DNA of 59,087 bases. It comes from an uncultured Actinomycetes bacterium. GTDB taxonomy: Bacteria; Actinomycetota; Thermoleophilia; RBG-16-64-13. How positions within the stretch are numbered: position 1 is the stretch's first letter; the number at the start of each line of letters is the position of its first letter. The notes beneath the pieces are model-generated. The model searched no databases and had not been told where the DNA came from. It saw nothing but the letters and a program-made list of their open reading frames with translations. The position numbers and the translations under genes are program-made. Shown one piece after another: positions 1-10,982 of the stretch. The DNA lies in NCBI GenBank assembly GCA_963706025.1, contig CAVPLM010000013.1, positions 1 to 59,087 on the forward strand. The letters are read 5' to 3'.

Positions 1-68
1 GCTAGAGTCAGTTCGAGTCGCCGGGAGTCCACCCGGCAGGCTCTTGCTGGTGTAGTGAGAGGAGGCCG

Positions 69-536
69 TTGCTCAGACTGTCCATCCCCGGCCGGGGCGA
101 GTACAGCATCAGCAACGTGGTCCTGGACATGAATGGGACCGTCAGTCTGGATGGCACGCTGGTCGAGGGCGTGGCAAACCGGGTCGCGCGGCTCGTACCA
201 TGGTGCGGCTGGTCATTCTCACCGCCGATACCCACGGCGGAGCGGCACGCCTGAGAGACGATCTGGACCTCGAGACGGTGATCCTCGACAAGGGCGGCGA
301 GGCCAAGCAGAAGGTGGAGTCGTCCGGAGGATGGGGACGGAGCACACGGTCGCTATCGGTAACGGCTCGAACGACGTCCTCATGTTGAAGGAGAGCGCCA
401 TCGGAATATGCGTCGTGGGTGGGGAGGGGGCTTCGACCGCGGCGCTTCTAAGCGCCGACGTCGTGGTCAACGACATCCGGACGCCGTCGATCTGCTCCTG
501 AAGCCTCAGCGGTTGGTGGCGACACTGCGGAGATAG
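69..536 (+). CDS. HAD-family hydrolase (soluble P-type ATPase-like), split by frameshifts
   Basis: LDMNGT motif, ILTADTHG, AIGNGSND and C-terminal RLVATLRR* spread over three frames (ORFs 69..254, 200..388, 133..501). Confidence 0.8.
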
Positions 537-613
537 GGCCACAGGCCTATCCCCAGCGTGGCGACTTTCCGACCTGCAGAAGGGTGGGATATGAACCGCG
601 GCGCAGGCGGCTG

Positions 614-1993
614 ATGGGTGAGACGGACCAGAACCACGAGCCGCGTGCTGTGGAGCCTCAGACCGGCGCCAACGCTGCGGACACTGCCGCCGCTCCAAAG
701 AAGATCCGGGGGCTCGACCGCAACGTCTTCTGGGCCGGCGTCTCGTCGTTCTTCATGGACATCAGCTCCGAGATGGTCTACTCGCTGGTGCCCATCTTCC
801 TGTCGTCGGTGCTGGGGGTCAACAAGTCGCTCATCGGGGTCATCGAGGGCATCGCCGAGACCACGGCCAGCATGCTCAAGATGGTCGCCGGTTGGCTCAG
901 TGACAAGCTGGGCAAGCGAAAGCCCCTCATGCTCTTTGGCTACAGCATCTCCACTCTGAGCCGGCCCTTGCTGGCTCTCGCCGGGGGCTGGGGGATGGTG
1001 CTGGGGTCGCGGTTCGTCGACCGGTTCGGCAAGGGAGTGCGCACTGCGCCGCGGGACGCCATCGTGGCCGACTCGTGCGACAAGAAGGAACTGGGCCGGT
1101 CGTTCGGTTACCACCGGGCGATGGACCAGATCGGGGCGGTGATCGGTCCTGCCTCGCCTTCCTGGTGCTGTGGCTGCGGCCCGGGGGGCTACCGGCATGG
1201 TGTTCTGGATCTCCATGATCCCCGGGGATCCTTTGCGTGGCTGGTGATCGCCCTCTTCATCCGCGATCGGCGGCCGAAAGGCCGCGGTCATGCGATGTCG
1301 AGGCTCGGCGTCGGCCTCACGGGGGAGGTCGAGGAGGCCGGGCGGGGACGCAAGCCGCCGAGGGAGGCCCGGCGGGCGTGCGCGAGCGGCCCGGCCGGCT
1401 CGCGGCGGCCGGACGAGGACTCGGGCGCCTGCCTCGGCCGCCCTGCTTGCCTATCTGCTGGTCACCGGGAGTGTTCGCGCTGGGCAACTCGTCCGATGCT
1501 TTCCTCATCCTGCGGGCGCGGGATCTGGAGGTGGCCACCGTGATGATCCCCGTGCTGTATCTGGTGTTCAACTTCATCTACTCGGTGCTGTCCATCCCGG
1601 CCGGGCTTCTGGCCGACCGCATCGGCAGGCGCAAGGTGGCGCTGTCGGGTTCGCGCGTGTTCGCCGGGGCTTATGCCTGGATGGCGGTGGCGCGGTCGCA
1701 GGCCGCGGTCTGGGGGGTGTTCGCGGTCTACGGCGTCTACATGGCCATCGCCGACGGCAACGGGCGGGCCCTCTTGGCCGAGTTCTCGTCGGGTGAGCGA
1801 CAGGGGGACGGCCTTCGGCGCTTACCACATGGTGGTGGGGCTCGCGGCTCTGCCGGCGAGCGTCATCGCCGGTCTGCTCTACGACCACGTCTCCGCGGCG
1901 GCGCCCTTCTGGGTGGGGGCGGCCGGCGCCGTGCTGGCGGGCGTGTTGATGCTGGCGCTGGTGCCGGAACCACGGAGGAGACAGAGCGTGTAG
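614..1993 (+). CDS. MFS transporter, frameshifted
   Basis: GWLSDKLGKRK and GLLADRIGRRK MFS motif A copies; hydrophobic helices across ORFs 584..1543, 1237..2019, 1673..1993. Confidence 0.85.
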
Positions 1994-2103
1994 CGGGGGG
2001 AGGCAGGCGCTGCATCTGAAGCTCTCTTGTTCTCACGAGCGTGAATAGCTAGATACGCTGTTAACATTTGGCGCCATAAGTGTTAATGGCGCAGGCGGGC
2101 ACC

Positions 2104-2556
2104 CTAGGCCGAGACCAGCCACTCTCGGACTTGCTCCACAGTAGGAACGCTCCCGTGATGCACCACCGTGCCGTTCACGACCAGGACCGGCGTCATAAGA
2201 AACCCCACCGCTTCGGCTGCTTCGCGGCACGGGTCGAGCAGGGCGTCGAGCGCGGGAGTCCAGGTCTCAGCCGCCCGCGACTCGTCTCCCACCAACCGCC
2301 TTTGCTCTTGCACCAGCTTGTCCCTGCGCTCCCAATCCACTGCGATGCCTGCCTCCTTGGCGACCTGCGGTGGGGTGCCCACCTGCCGATTCACAGCGTG
2401 ACCTACGGCGGCCGTCTCGACGGAATCCACGCAGACGTGTCTCACTGTGACCGGCCGCTGCAGGCCCTCCGCCGCCTGCTGCGCACGGACGGCAAGAAGG
2501 TCACAGCGCGGGCAGGGCGGGTCCGTCCCGATCACGAGGATATCGACGGCATCCAT
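2104..2556 (-). CDS. Thioredoxin-fold protein with internal insertion (CPRC)
   Basis: MDAVDILVIGTDPPCPRC ... LMTPVLVVNG..HHGSVP. Confidence 0.8.
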   Translation of the reverse strand: MDAVDILVIGTDPPCPRCDLLAVRAQQAAEGLQRPVTVRHVCVDSVETAAVGHAVNRQVGTPPQVAKEAGIAVDWERRDKLVQEQRRLVGDESRAAETWTPALDALLDPCREAAEAVGFLMTPVLVVNGTVVHHGSVPTVEQVREWLVSA

Positions 2557-2600
2557 AGCGACCGGGGTCTCAGCGCATCTGGTGCGCGACCGTGAACTCC

Positions 2601-2863
2601 TCACTCCAGCCCGGCCTCCCGCAAGGCGCCGATCAGGCCCTCCTTGGTCGGGCATACTCCGATGAACCGGACCAGGTCGCCAACGATGATGGCCGGAGCG
2701 GACGATAGCTTCAGTTCCTCGTAGCGCTCGTCGCGTCCCTGATGGTAGACGACATCCATCTGGTCCCCGTACTGCTGACCACGTCATCGATGAGCCGTCG
2801 GACGGCGACGCCGCCCGAGCAGGCCGGCACCGAGAGAAAGACCTCCACCGTTATCGGATCCAT
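2601..2863 (-). CDS. Small thioredoxin-fold protein (PACSG, no CxxC), one frameshift
   Basis: Manual translation MDPITVEVFLSVPACSGG.../YGDQMDVVYHQGRDERYEELKLSSAPAIIVGDLVRFIGVCPTKEGLIGALREAGLE*. Confidence 0.65.
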
Positions 2864-3125
2864 AGCCCACCCTCCCGGAGCGCGTTGTTCATGGTGCCCT
2901 CGTCCGGAGCCGTGCCTTCGATCTTGATGACGCCGTTGATGACCACTGCCGGCACGCAGGACAAGTCGTACTCCGCGTACTTCTCGAGCGCTTCCTTGCC
3001 CACGTACTTCTTGACCGTCAGCTCCTCGGCCGGATACTTCTCGCGTATCGGTCGCCCATGGCCAGGATGGCGACACAACCGGGGCAGGGCGGATCTCCGC
3101 TGAACACTTCCATGAGTACAGGCAC
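2851..3125 (-). CDS. Small thioredoxin-fold protein (CPGC), one frameshift
   Basis: MEVFSGDPPCPGC... joined to ...CVPAVVING..IEGTAP (ORF 2851..3078). Confidence 0.7.
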
Positions 3126-3126
3126 G

Positions 3127-3384
3127 TCACCCTCCTAGCTCTGATCGAAAGATACGTTCGAGTTCGCTCTCCTTCGGCACCCGGCCCTGGGAGATCACCT
3201 TGCCGTTGACCACCACAGCCGGGGTCATCAGAAGCCCCAACTGCAGCGCCTCGGGCAGGAGAGCCGAGTACTTGGCCACGCTCACCTGTCCCGGGAACTT
3301 CTCTGCCGCCTTCCTGGCTTCTTGCTCCGCCTGCTTGCACTTGGCGCAGGGCGGTTCGCTGCCAAAGACCTTGACCTCGATCAA
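3127..3384 (-). CDS. Small redox-active disulfide / thioredoxin-family protein (CAKC)
   Basis: VKVFGSEPPCAKC ... LMTPAVVVNGKVISQGRVP. Confidence 0.85.
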   Translation of the reverse strand: MIEVKVFGSEPPCAKCKQAEQEARKAAEKFPGQVSVAKYSALLPEALQLGLLMTPAVVVNGKVISQGRVPKESELERIFRSELGG

Positions 3385-3420
3385 GACCTTCCACCTTTCA
3401 TGTCGGGTTCGGCCAGACTG

Positions 3421-3792
3421 CTAGCAGCAGGACGCCGCTCCTTGCCCTCGCGCCGCCCCAGCCGCCGTCTTCTCCGCAAACCACCGGTCCAGTGCTTGAC
3501 GCAGTTCCTGCTTCTGCTCCTCGCCGATCGCCTCGGCTAGCGCCGCCACAATGGTTCGCTGTTCGGAGCGGTCGGGGGAGATGCGGTAGTGCATCCACAG
3601 CCCTTCGCGACGGTCCTCCACAAGGCCGGCGTGGTAGAGATAGCGGAGATGACGCGAGACCTTCGATTGCGTCTCGCCCAACGCGCCCACGAAGTCGCAG
3701 ACGCAGAGCTCTTCGTTCTCCAGGAGGAGCGTCATGATCTGCAGCCGGGTCTCGTCGGACAGCGCTTTGAACGTGTCTCTCAGGATATCCAT
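3421..3792 (-). CDS. arsR: ArsR/SmtB-family As(III)-sensing repressor
   Basis: FKALSDETRL, ELCVCD metal site, SRHLRYL helix-turn-helix, C-terminal CC. Confidence 0.92.
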   Translation of the reverse strand: MDILRDTFKALSDETRLQIMTLLLENEELCVCDFVGALGETQSKVSRHLRYLYHAGLVEDRREGLWMHYRISPDRSEQRTIVAALAEAIGEEQKQELRQALDRWFAEKTAAGAARGQGAASCC

Positions 3793-3824
3793 TCCCCACT
3801 GCTCCTCGAATCGGAATCTACCTG

Positions 3825-3845
3825 ATTATAACCGTACAAACGGTT
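3825..3845 (-). promoter_or_regulatory. ArsR-type operator overlapping a -10 box upstream of arsR
   Basis: Perfect 6-4-6 inverted repeat AACCGT-ACAA-ACGGTT next to TATAAT (minus strand); 19 bp identical copy at 10985..11003. Confidence 0.7.
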
Positions 3846-3855
3846 GTTTTACGGA

Positions 3856-4538
3856 TCAACCTCCGACAAACGCCTGGTAGGCCGCGAGGAGGGCATCCTG
3901 GTACGTCAGGCTCCTCTTCGGGAGCGATGTAGTGGAACATCTTCACTTTCTCAAGAAGAGGCGAAGCGACCGCTTCATCCGCCCGCATCCCCTCGGAAGC
4001 CAATTTAGCGAAGACCAGGGGCAAAGCGTCGATCTCCACCTGCTTCCCGCGCACGCTGACAGAGCCCGTGCTGCGCGGGCTTCATGCAGGAGCAGACGTC
4101 CGCGTCAGGGGTCTTCGTCCATCTCCGGCTGCGCGCCCTCGTCCATGAGCGCGTCGACCTCGGCCGCGATGCGGTCGGCCACGGCTGCCACGCCTGCTCG
4201 TCCGCCTGGGTCCGCCCCCGCAGTGAGCGGGAACAGCCGGCGGCTTCGTCGCCGAGGATGTCGGTGACCACCAAAGACCGGGCGACCGGTCCCCCGTGCT
4301 TCTCGGTGCCCCAGCGGGCGCACTGCTTGTCGCAGCCGTCGATAGTTATGGTCGGATGCGTGCGGGCGAAGTTGCGCTCGCCCTCGTTCCCGGCAAGAAA
4401 GAGGGGCAGGCAGAGCGTGACCGCGTCATGGGGACGGAGGGATTCGAGGACTCTGCGAACGGCGTTGCGCGAGATGGTGCCCTCTGGGATCTCCTCGCCG
4501 CTGCAGGAGATGATCCCCACCTTGGTCGTCTTGTTCAT
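3856..4538 (-). CDS. DGC-type putative zinc-binding protein with C-terminal extension, frameshifted
   Basis: IISCSG ... TLCLP ... ITIDGCDKQCA; C-terminal CSC and VEIDALP segment in shifted frames. Confidence 0.75.
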
Positions 4539-4550
4539 CTCCGCGCGACA

Positions 4551-4973
4551 TCAGGCCACCTCTTCGCCGGCCGCTGCAGCCGCGCAGCCTCTTCGGCCAC
4601 TGCTTCGGCGATCTCGCGGCTCATGCCCCAGCCCTCCTCGGTCAGCTCCGACCCACTGCCCGGCTGGCTCCGCGGTGGCCGGCGAGGAACTTGGCCACCT
4701 GAACAGCGTTGAGCCACCTGCCCACCGGCGATCTCCACGTTCTTCTGCGCGCAGGCCTTGCCGCAGCCATCGATGGTGATGCATGGATGAGCCTGCACCT
4801 GGGCGAGCGTTTCTTCGTCCTCCCTGACCAGTAGAGCCAGACACACGACCTCCGTGTCGTTCGGCGCGAGTTCGTCGGTGACCAGATAGGCGGCCTCCCG
4901 GCTGATGAGCCCGTGGACTTTGCCGATGCCGCTGCAGGGGATGACCAGCACCTTGCTCTGTGTCTTTGTTCAT
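4551..4973 (-). CDS. DGC-type putative zinc-binding protein, frameshifted
   Basis: VIPCSGIGK ... VVCLA ... ITIDGCGKACA. Confidence 0.8.
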   Translation of the reverse strand: MNKDTEQGAGHPLQRHRQSPRAHQPGGRLSGHRRTRAERHGGRVSGSTGQGGRRNARPGAGSSMHHHRWLRQGLRAEERGDRRWAGGSTLFRWPSSSPATAEPAGQWVGADRGGLGHEPRDRRSSGRRGCAAAAAGEEVA

Positions 4974-4988
4974 GGATCCTCTTGTTCC

Positions 4989-5867
4989 TTATTCCTCAGC
5001 GGCCTTGCGCTCCACGTCGGCGGCGTAAGCCGGTCCATCGATGAGCAGCGCCTGATCTTCCTCCCAGGCGGTCAACTCCAACTCCACGATCCAGCTGCCG
5101 TAGGGGTCTTCGTTGATCGACTCGGGGATGTCGTCACTGCCTCGTTGACCCGCACCACCGTGCCGCTGACCGGCGAGACCAGCTCGAAGTTGGCCTTGGT
5201 CGACTCGACCGAGCCCACCTCGCCGAACTGCTCGATGGCGGTGCCGATCTCGGGCGGGTCCACGTAGGTGATGTCGGTGAGCCGCTGCTGCATGTAGTCG
5301 GAGATGCCCACCCGAGCCCTGTTGCCGGCCACCTGCGCCCAGACGTCGTTCTCGTTGAAGAAGAAGCCGCTCACGGGGATGCGGAACTCATACTTGTCGT
5401 GAACGACCACGAGGAAATCCGACGGGGGCTCGAACTCGACTTCGGCAGGGCCTGCTCGGCGCCCCGCGGCCTGGGCGTCCTGCGACTTCGGCTGCCTGGC
5501 GGCCTCAGCCGCTTGGAGCTTGATGTCATCGACGATCGTTCCGGCAAGCTCCAGGCCATCGGGGCCAAGGCGAGCTCCGGCTCGAGCGTGCGCCCCGACT
5601 TCTTCAGCACGTCGGACACGATCACCTTCTGGGCCGGCTTCGTCTCCGCGGCCGCGGCCAGCTTGCTCGCGCACTGGGTGGCGCAGCCGTCGACCACGAT
5701 CAGGCGGTTCTCGGCCAGCGCCTTCTTGTATCGGCGGGCGTGCGATTGAGCACCACCGGGCAGATGATCTCGGCTCCGGCTTCCTCGGCCAGGCGGATGG
5801 CCACCTCGCGGGCCACCGAACCTTCGGGCTTGTCCAGACCGGTGCAGGCAAGGACGCGATAGCTCAT
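4989..5867 (-). CDS. DGC zinc-binding domain fused to glycine-cleavage-H (lipoyl carrier) domain, frameshifted
   Basis: N-term VLACTG..IICP..VVDGCATQCA; C-term RARVGISDYMQ..GSVESTKA..SPVSG..INEDPYG.WIV with lipoyl Lys. Confidence 0.8.
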
Positions 5868-5881
5868 CTCGATCGTGCCTC

Positions 5882-6200
5882 CTACGTGTTCGCCGCCTCG
5901 GCCTCGCCGGCGCTTCGACTCGCCCTCCTCGGCGTGGAGCTTCTTGATGAGGGCCACGGTCTCGGGCTTGTCCGGGAAGGAGATGGCGTCGGGGCCGCAG
6001 GTCTTGGCGCAGGCCCGGCAGAAGACGACGCAGTTCTCGGGATTGGCCACCACCAGCTTCACGTCGCCCTCCCGCCGCTCGAAGACCCGGTGCGGGCAGA
6101 ACTCGTCGCACTCCATGCAGAAGTCGCACTTGTCGTAGTCGATGGTGGGGGCCCAGGGGATCTTGCTGCGCGGCACCCCCATGAAGGTGTTCTCAGCCAT
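5882..6200 (-). CDS. 2[4Fe-4S] ferredoxin
   Basis: CDFCMECDEFCP and CVVFCRACAKTCG motifs; stop position uncertain because of an indel. Confidence 0.85.
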
Positions 6201-6617
6201 CCTGGCCACCGTCCTCCTTGACCGCCCATCTCCCGAAGGGCGGCCGCCACCTTCTCGACCGCCTCGTCGGTGGTCATGTCGCGGATGTCCAGCGGGACCA
6301 TGTCCTTCTTCACGTCCATGCCCTCGGCGGCGAAGGCGTCCCGGAACATCTTGTACTGCATGTTGGGGGCGCAGGCGGCGATGACCAGGGCGCTTCGCCT
6401 GGAGGAAATCGGCCAGGAAGCGGTCGCCGTCCTCCTCGCAGAGCTGGGGATGGATCATCCCGAACTCCACCGGCAGCTCGATGCGCGCCCGGTTGATGAA
6501 GTCCCAGATGTCCATCTTCTCGAATCCCGGGCACTTGCCGGTGCAGACGCACATGATCAGACCGGGGCGTTGCTGCTTGCTCTCGGTGGTTTCCAGTTCT
6601 TCCGATGTGTCGGTCAT
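6193..6617 (-). CDS. Small Cys-rich protein resembling the HdrA N-terminal domain, frameshifted
   Basis: LIMCVCTGKCPG ... HPQLC ... VIAACAP ... LDIRD pattern (ORFs 5700..6617 and 6059..6361). Confidence 0.6.
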
Positions 6618-6619
6618 CA

Positions 6620-6816
6620 GTCATCGACCTCCTTGGCGCTCTTCTTCGCGGCGGGATCTTGCCCTCCGCAATCATGGCTTTCTTCACCTGGCTCAGTTCA
6701 GCAGACCCCACATCCCACGCACTTCTTGCCGTCGATGGTGGGGCCCCCAGTTCCTTCACAGCCGGGGTAGAAAGCCTATCGGCTTCCGGCCGGGACTCGG
6801 CCGTCCTCTCCGTCAT
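6620..6816 (-). pseudogene. Internally deleted ferredoxin remnant
   Basis: GPTIDGKKCVGCGVC* resembles the N-terminal half of the adjacent ferredoxin (APTIDYDKCDFCMEC); second cluster motif absent. Confidence 0.5.
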
Positions 6817-6834
6817 GATGTAGCCCCTCCCTTC

Positions 6835-6909
6835 TCAAAAGGCCCCGCTTCGGTTGTAGAGTCGCTCGCAGTTGGGGCAGCCCGCCCCAAGTATCTTGAT
6901 ACTCAACAT
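6835..6909 (-). pseudogene. Truncated small thioredoxin-family gene
   Basis: MLSIKILGAGCPNCERLY followed by a stop after 24 codons. Confidence 0.65.
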
Positions 6910-6976
6910 GTGAACACCTCCGTGCATCACTGCCGACACCTGAACCCGGTCGGCAAGAACACCCCGCCTCTTGTCG

Positions 6977-7675
6977 CTACAGACTCAGATAGATCATGTA
7001 CCCGGCCCCGGCAATAAGCAGCAGACCGCACACTTGCGGATGACCGGCGCGGCTCGAGAGCGCTCGTTCCAGGAGAGGACCTTGCGAAGCGCCCCGGCGA
7101 AGGCGCCCATGAGCATGATCACTGCGCTGTGCCCGACGGCGAAGGCAAGCAGCATGCCGATGCCCAGACCGAGGCTGGACCCAGACATATCGAACACCAC
7201 CGCGAGCACCGGTGCCAGATAGGCAAACGCGCAAGGCCCCAAGGCCAGTCCCATCACGAGGCCGAGAATCAACGCCCCCAGCGCATCGCGACGGGGATGT
7301 ACTGTGGGAGAGGCCAGACCCGCCGGCAGCTTAAGCACACCCAAGAGATACAGGCCGACAGACCAGCAGCACGACGGCGACCACGATATTGCCCCAGATG
7401 CCGGTCTGCCCCAAGAGACGTCCGGCGGCGAGCGCTATCCCGCCGGCTATGGCCAGCGTGACGAGAACACCGCCGGCAAAGCAGGTGGCCGTCCACACCG
7501 CCCGGCGGGTGGAAGTCGCCTCCCCGCGGTTGATGTAGCCGATGACCAAGGGGACGCTGGTCAAATGGCAGGGACTGAGAACGATACTGAGTATCCCCCA
7601 CACAAAGGCAGCGGGGATAGCGAGCCAACCCGCCCCTTCGACCGCCTTGGTGAGCGCCCCAAATAGATCGCTCAT
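6977..7675 (-). CDS. ccdA: CcdA/DsbD-like transmembrane disulfide-exchange protein, frameshifted
   Basis: LSPCHLTSVP and LGPCAFAYLAP twin Cys motifs in hydrophobic helices. Confidence 0.8.
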
Positions 7676-8215
7676 CCGCCGCCCCGGGCCTCGCCCGGGT
7701 TCACCGGCCCCACCCTCGCGAGCGGATAGCCCAGTTGCTGAAACGCGCGACCATATCATCCTTGGATATGTAGCCCTCGTGGCGGGACAGCTCATTGCCA
7801 GCAGGGTCGAGGAAGATCTGAGTGGGAATCACCTGGATGCCCAGTTGCCGGGCAAGAGCTGCCCCTTCCTCGGTGTTGTTGACATCGACGAAAACCACAT
7901 CGACCGAGCCTGAGTACTCTGAGCGAAAGCCTCCAGTTCGGGGGCCATCATCTCGCAAGGGACACAGCAGTCGGAACCCAGATCGACCAGCTGCGGGAGC
8001 CCCGAGCCCGCGATCGGAGAGGAGGACTGCGGCGGGTTGTGCTCGTAGATGAAGCGGCGGTCGAATCGGTGGCGACCGGGTCTGCCCCTCCGCAGCCCCC
8101 GAGTAGAGTGGCCAGGGCAAGCAGCGCGACTCCCGTGGCGACGAGCCGCATCCTGCGGATCGACGCGGTGAGCAATCGCCGGATGGGACGGGTGCATAGC
8201 TTCGGTTCGATTCAT
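7672..8215 (-). CDS. Exported thioredoxin lipoprotein, frameshifted
   Basis: Lipobox LGGC, LVDLGSDCCVPCEMMAP, IQVIPTQIF, RHEGYI. Confidence 0.8.
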
Positions 8216-8231
8216 CAAAAGAACCTCCAGT

Positions 8232-8991
8232 TTAGTGTCCATGGCGCAGCATGTCGGCGAGTGCGAGAGGAAGGCCGGCGGTCGACGACCGCCTGCGGCC
8301 GCAGCCTCCACGTCGTAGACGACTCGCCTGATCTCTACTTCGATGGGCCCTTCGGGAGAGGAACTCAGAACAACGTAGGCGGCGCGGGGGTCTCCGTCCT
8401 TGGGCCGCCCGACCGAGCCCACATTCACAAAGAGCTTGCCCCCATACGACCGGGACCAGGGATCATGGGTGTGGCCAAAGCACAGGACGTCATCGGTCTC
8501 CGCCTCGGCCAGTCGCAGGAAGGTCCGTTCGTCACGGTCGCGCAAGAGGTACTCGTTGATGCGCCTGGGACTGCCGTGCACCAAGTGGACCTTCTTGCCG
8601 GCGAGTTCCACATGGAGTTCGCGGGGCAGGGAACGCAGGTAGGCCTTCCTTCGGCCGTGACCTCGGCGACAGTGAAGACATACGAGGCCTCGCCGATGCG
8701 CCGGGCCTCCTCGTCGGGGTAGAAACAGCCGCAGTCACCCGTCTCCCAGCCAACGCCTTCGTCGTAGTTGCCGAGGATGCTCTGCACGCCCGAAGCGCGA
8801 ATCAGGTCGATCACTCCGTTGGGATCCGCGCCATATCCGACCAGATCACCGAGACAATAGTGGCGTCGACAGCTCTGGCTGCGAATGTCATCCAGGGCGG
8901 CGCGCAGAGCCAGGCTGTTGCCGTGGATGTCGGAGATAAGGGCCAGGCTGCTCAGCTCTCTCCCTCAGCAGGTCCTCCGTGCGGGTCGCAT
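8232..8991 (-). CDS. Calcineurin-like metallophosphoesterase, frameshifted (start uncertain)
   Basis: SDIHGN, GDLVGYG, GNYD, HGSP, GHTH, NVGSVG motifs. Confidence 0.85.
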
Positions 8992-9002
8992 CCGGGTGAG
9001 CC

Positions 9003-9796
9003 TCAGGCCTTGGTCGCGCGGATGTTCGCCGAAACGACATAATCCTCGATGTTCGTTCCGGGCTGCCACTCGCGGATGAACTCCCGGCTTCCCTCTTTGG
9101 GCTCGATGCTCACGTCAACAAAGCCTGCGTCACGCATGATGCCGGCCAACTCGTCGATCTGGCCGCCCCGGAGATGCAGCCGGACAGAAGCGACATGTCC
9201 TTGCGCCACTCCTCCGGCAATTCCGCTGTCGCCACCACGTCGCTCACCGCCAGCCGGCCACCGGGTCGCAGAACGCGAAAGGCATCCCGAAAGACAGCGG
9301 ATTTGTCCGGAGAGAGGTTGATCACGCAGTTGGAGATGATGACGTCGACGGAAGCGTCGGCGACGGGCAGATGCTCGATCTCGCCCAGCCGGAACTCGAC
9401 GTTGTCGAACTCCGCCTTCTGCGCGTTCTCACGGGCCCGGAGCACCATCTCGGGCGTCATGTCCACGCCGATCACCCGGCCGGTCGGCCCCACCGCCCGC
9501 GCCGCCAGGAAGCAGTCGAAACCGCCGCCGGCGCCAAGGTCGAGCACCACCTCGCCCGGCTTCAGGTCAGCGATGGCCTGAGGATTGCCGCAGCCCAGGC
9601 CCAGGTTGGCGCCCTCCGGCGCCAAGGCGAGGTCCTCTTCGCTGTAGCCGAGGCCGGCGGAGATATCGTCGGCGCTTCCGACAGGACCGCAGCACGACGA
9701 GCCGCTGCAGCAGGAAGAGCCCGTCTTCGCTATCTCCGCATAGCGGTCGCGCACGGCCTCATGGACCGTGTTCTTGTCACTCATGTCAGACACCAT
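9003..9796 (-). CDS. arsM: Arsenite S-adenosylmethionine methyltransferase, frameshift near 3' end
   Basis: N-terminal CC pairs, [33 protein letters not shown]. Confidence 0.92.
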
Positions 9797-10929
9797 TCAT
9801 CTCCTGTCATGATTTGCTTGAGGTATGGCTGATTGTAGTCGGACAGCCCAAGTCCTGACCTGAGCACCTCCGAGCGCTGGCGTACCGTCCACCTCCTTCG
9901 CCGGCCAATACCGGCGCTGGAACCAGAAGGCCACGTTCACCAGACCGATCATCACAGGGACCTCCACCAGCGGGCCGATGACGGCGGCAAAGGCCTGGGC
10001 CGAACCCAAGCCGAAGACCGCGACCGCCACCGCGATGGCCAGCTCGAAGTTGTTGGAGGCCGCCGTGAAGGCAAGGGTGGTGCTCTTGCGGTAGTCGGCG
10101 CCGACCCGTTTGCCCATGCAGAAGCTCACGAAGAACATGATCACGAAGTAGATGAGCAGCGGAACCGCCACGCGCACGCACGTCCAGCGGCAACTGCACG
10201 ATGATCTCGCCCTTGAGCGAGAACATCACCAGGATGGTGAACAGCAGGGCGATCAGGGTGATGGGGCTGATGCGGGGGATGAACTGCTTGTGGTACCACT
10301 CCTTGGTCTTGAAGCGGAGCATCATGAAGCGCGTCAGGATCCCGGCCACAAAGGGGATGCCCAGGTAGATGCCCACGCTCTTGGCGATCTGCCCGATGCT
10401 CACGTCGACCGCCGCGCCTTCCAGCCCGAACCAGCCCGGCAGCACGGTGATGAAGACGTAGGCGTACACCGAGTAGAAGAGCACCTGGAAGACCGAGTTG
10501 AAGGCCACCAGCCCGGCGGCGTACTCGGTGTCGCCCTTGGCCAGCTCGTTCCAGACGATGACCATGGCGATGCAGCGGGCCAGGCCGATCATGATCACGC
10601 CCTGCATGAGGGCGGGCTTGTCGGAGAGCAGGAGGATGGCGAGGAAGAACATGAGGATGGGGCCGACGATCCAGTTCTGAACCAGCGAGAGCCCCAGGAT
10701 CTTCCAGTTGCGAAAGACGTCGCCCAGTTCCTCGTAGCGCACCTTGGCCAGACGGCGGATACATCATGACGATAAGGCCGACAGCGATGGGGATAGAGGT
10801 GGTGCCGATGGAGGCGCTTTCGATGGCCTTGCCGATCTGCGGCCAGACATACCCGGCTCCCACGCCGATGGCCATGGCCAGGAAGATCCACAGGGTGAGG
10901 TATCTATCGAGGAACGAGAGCCTTTTCAC
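9797..10929 (-). CDS. acr3: Acr3 arsenite efflux permease, frameshifted
   Basis: [42 protein letters not shown]. Confidence 0.95.
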
Positions 10930-10982
10930 GCCACTCCGCCGTCGTCCAAACGAGGGTCGCCCGCAACATCCATATCACGTAT

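Noticed and set aside
1-35. GTTCGAGTC resembling a tRNA T loop
   Set aside because: Flanks do not form a T stem or acceptor end
2061-2092. AT-rich overlapping palindromes resembling dif or attC
   Set aside because: No convincing XerD arm or attC core pair; could simply be a terminator between convergent genes
5700-6617. 305-aa ORF joining HdrA-N-like, ferredoxin and DGC segments
   Set aside because: Joined through off-frame stretches; the segments have their own plausible starts, so an indel artefact is likely
6698-6700. TGA right after CVGCGVC as possible selenocysteine
   Set aside because: Not at a Cys position of the ferredoxin motif, and the downstream frame has no ferredoxin similarity
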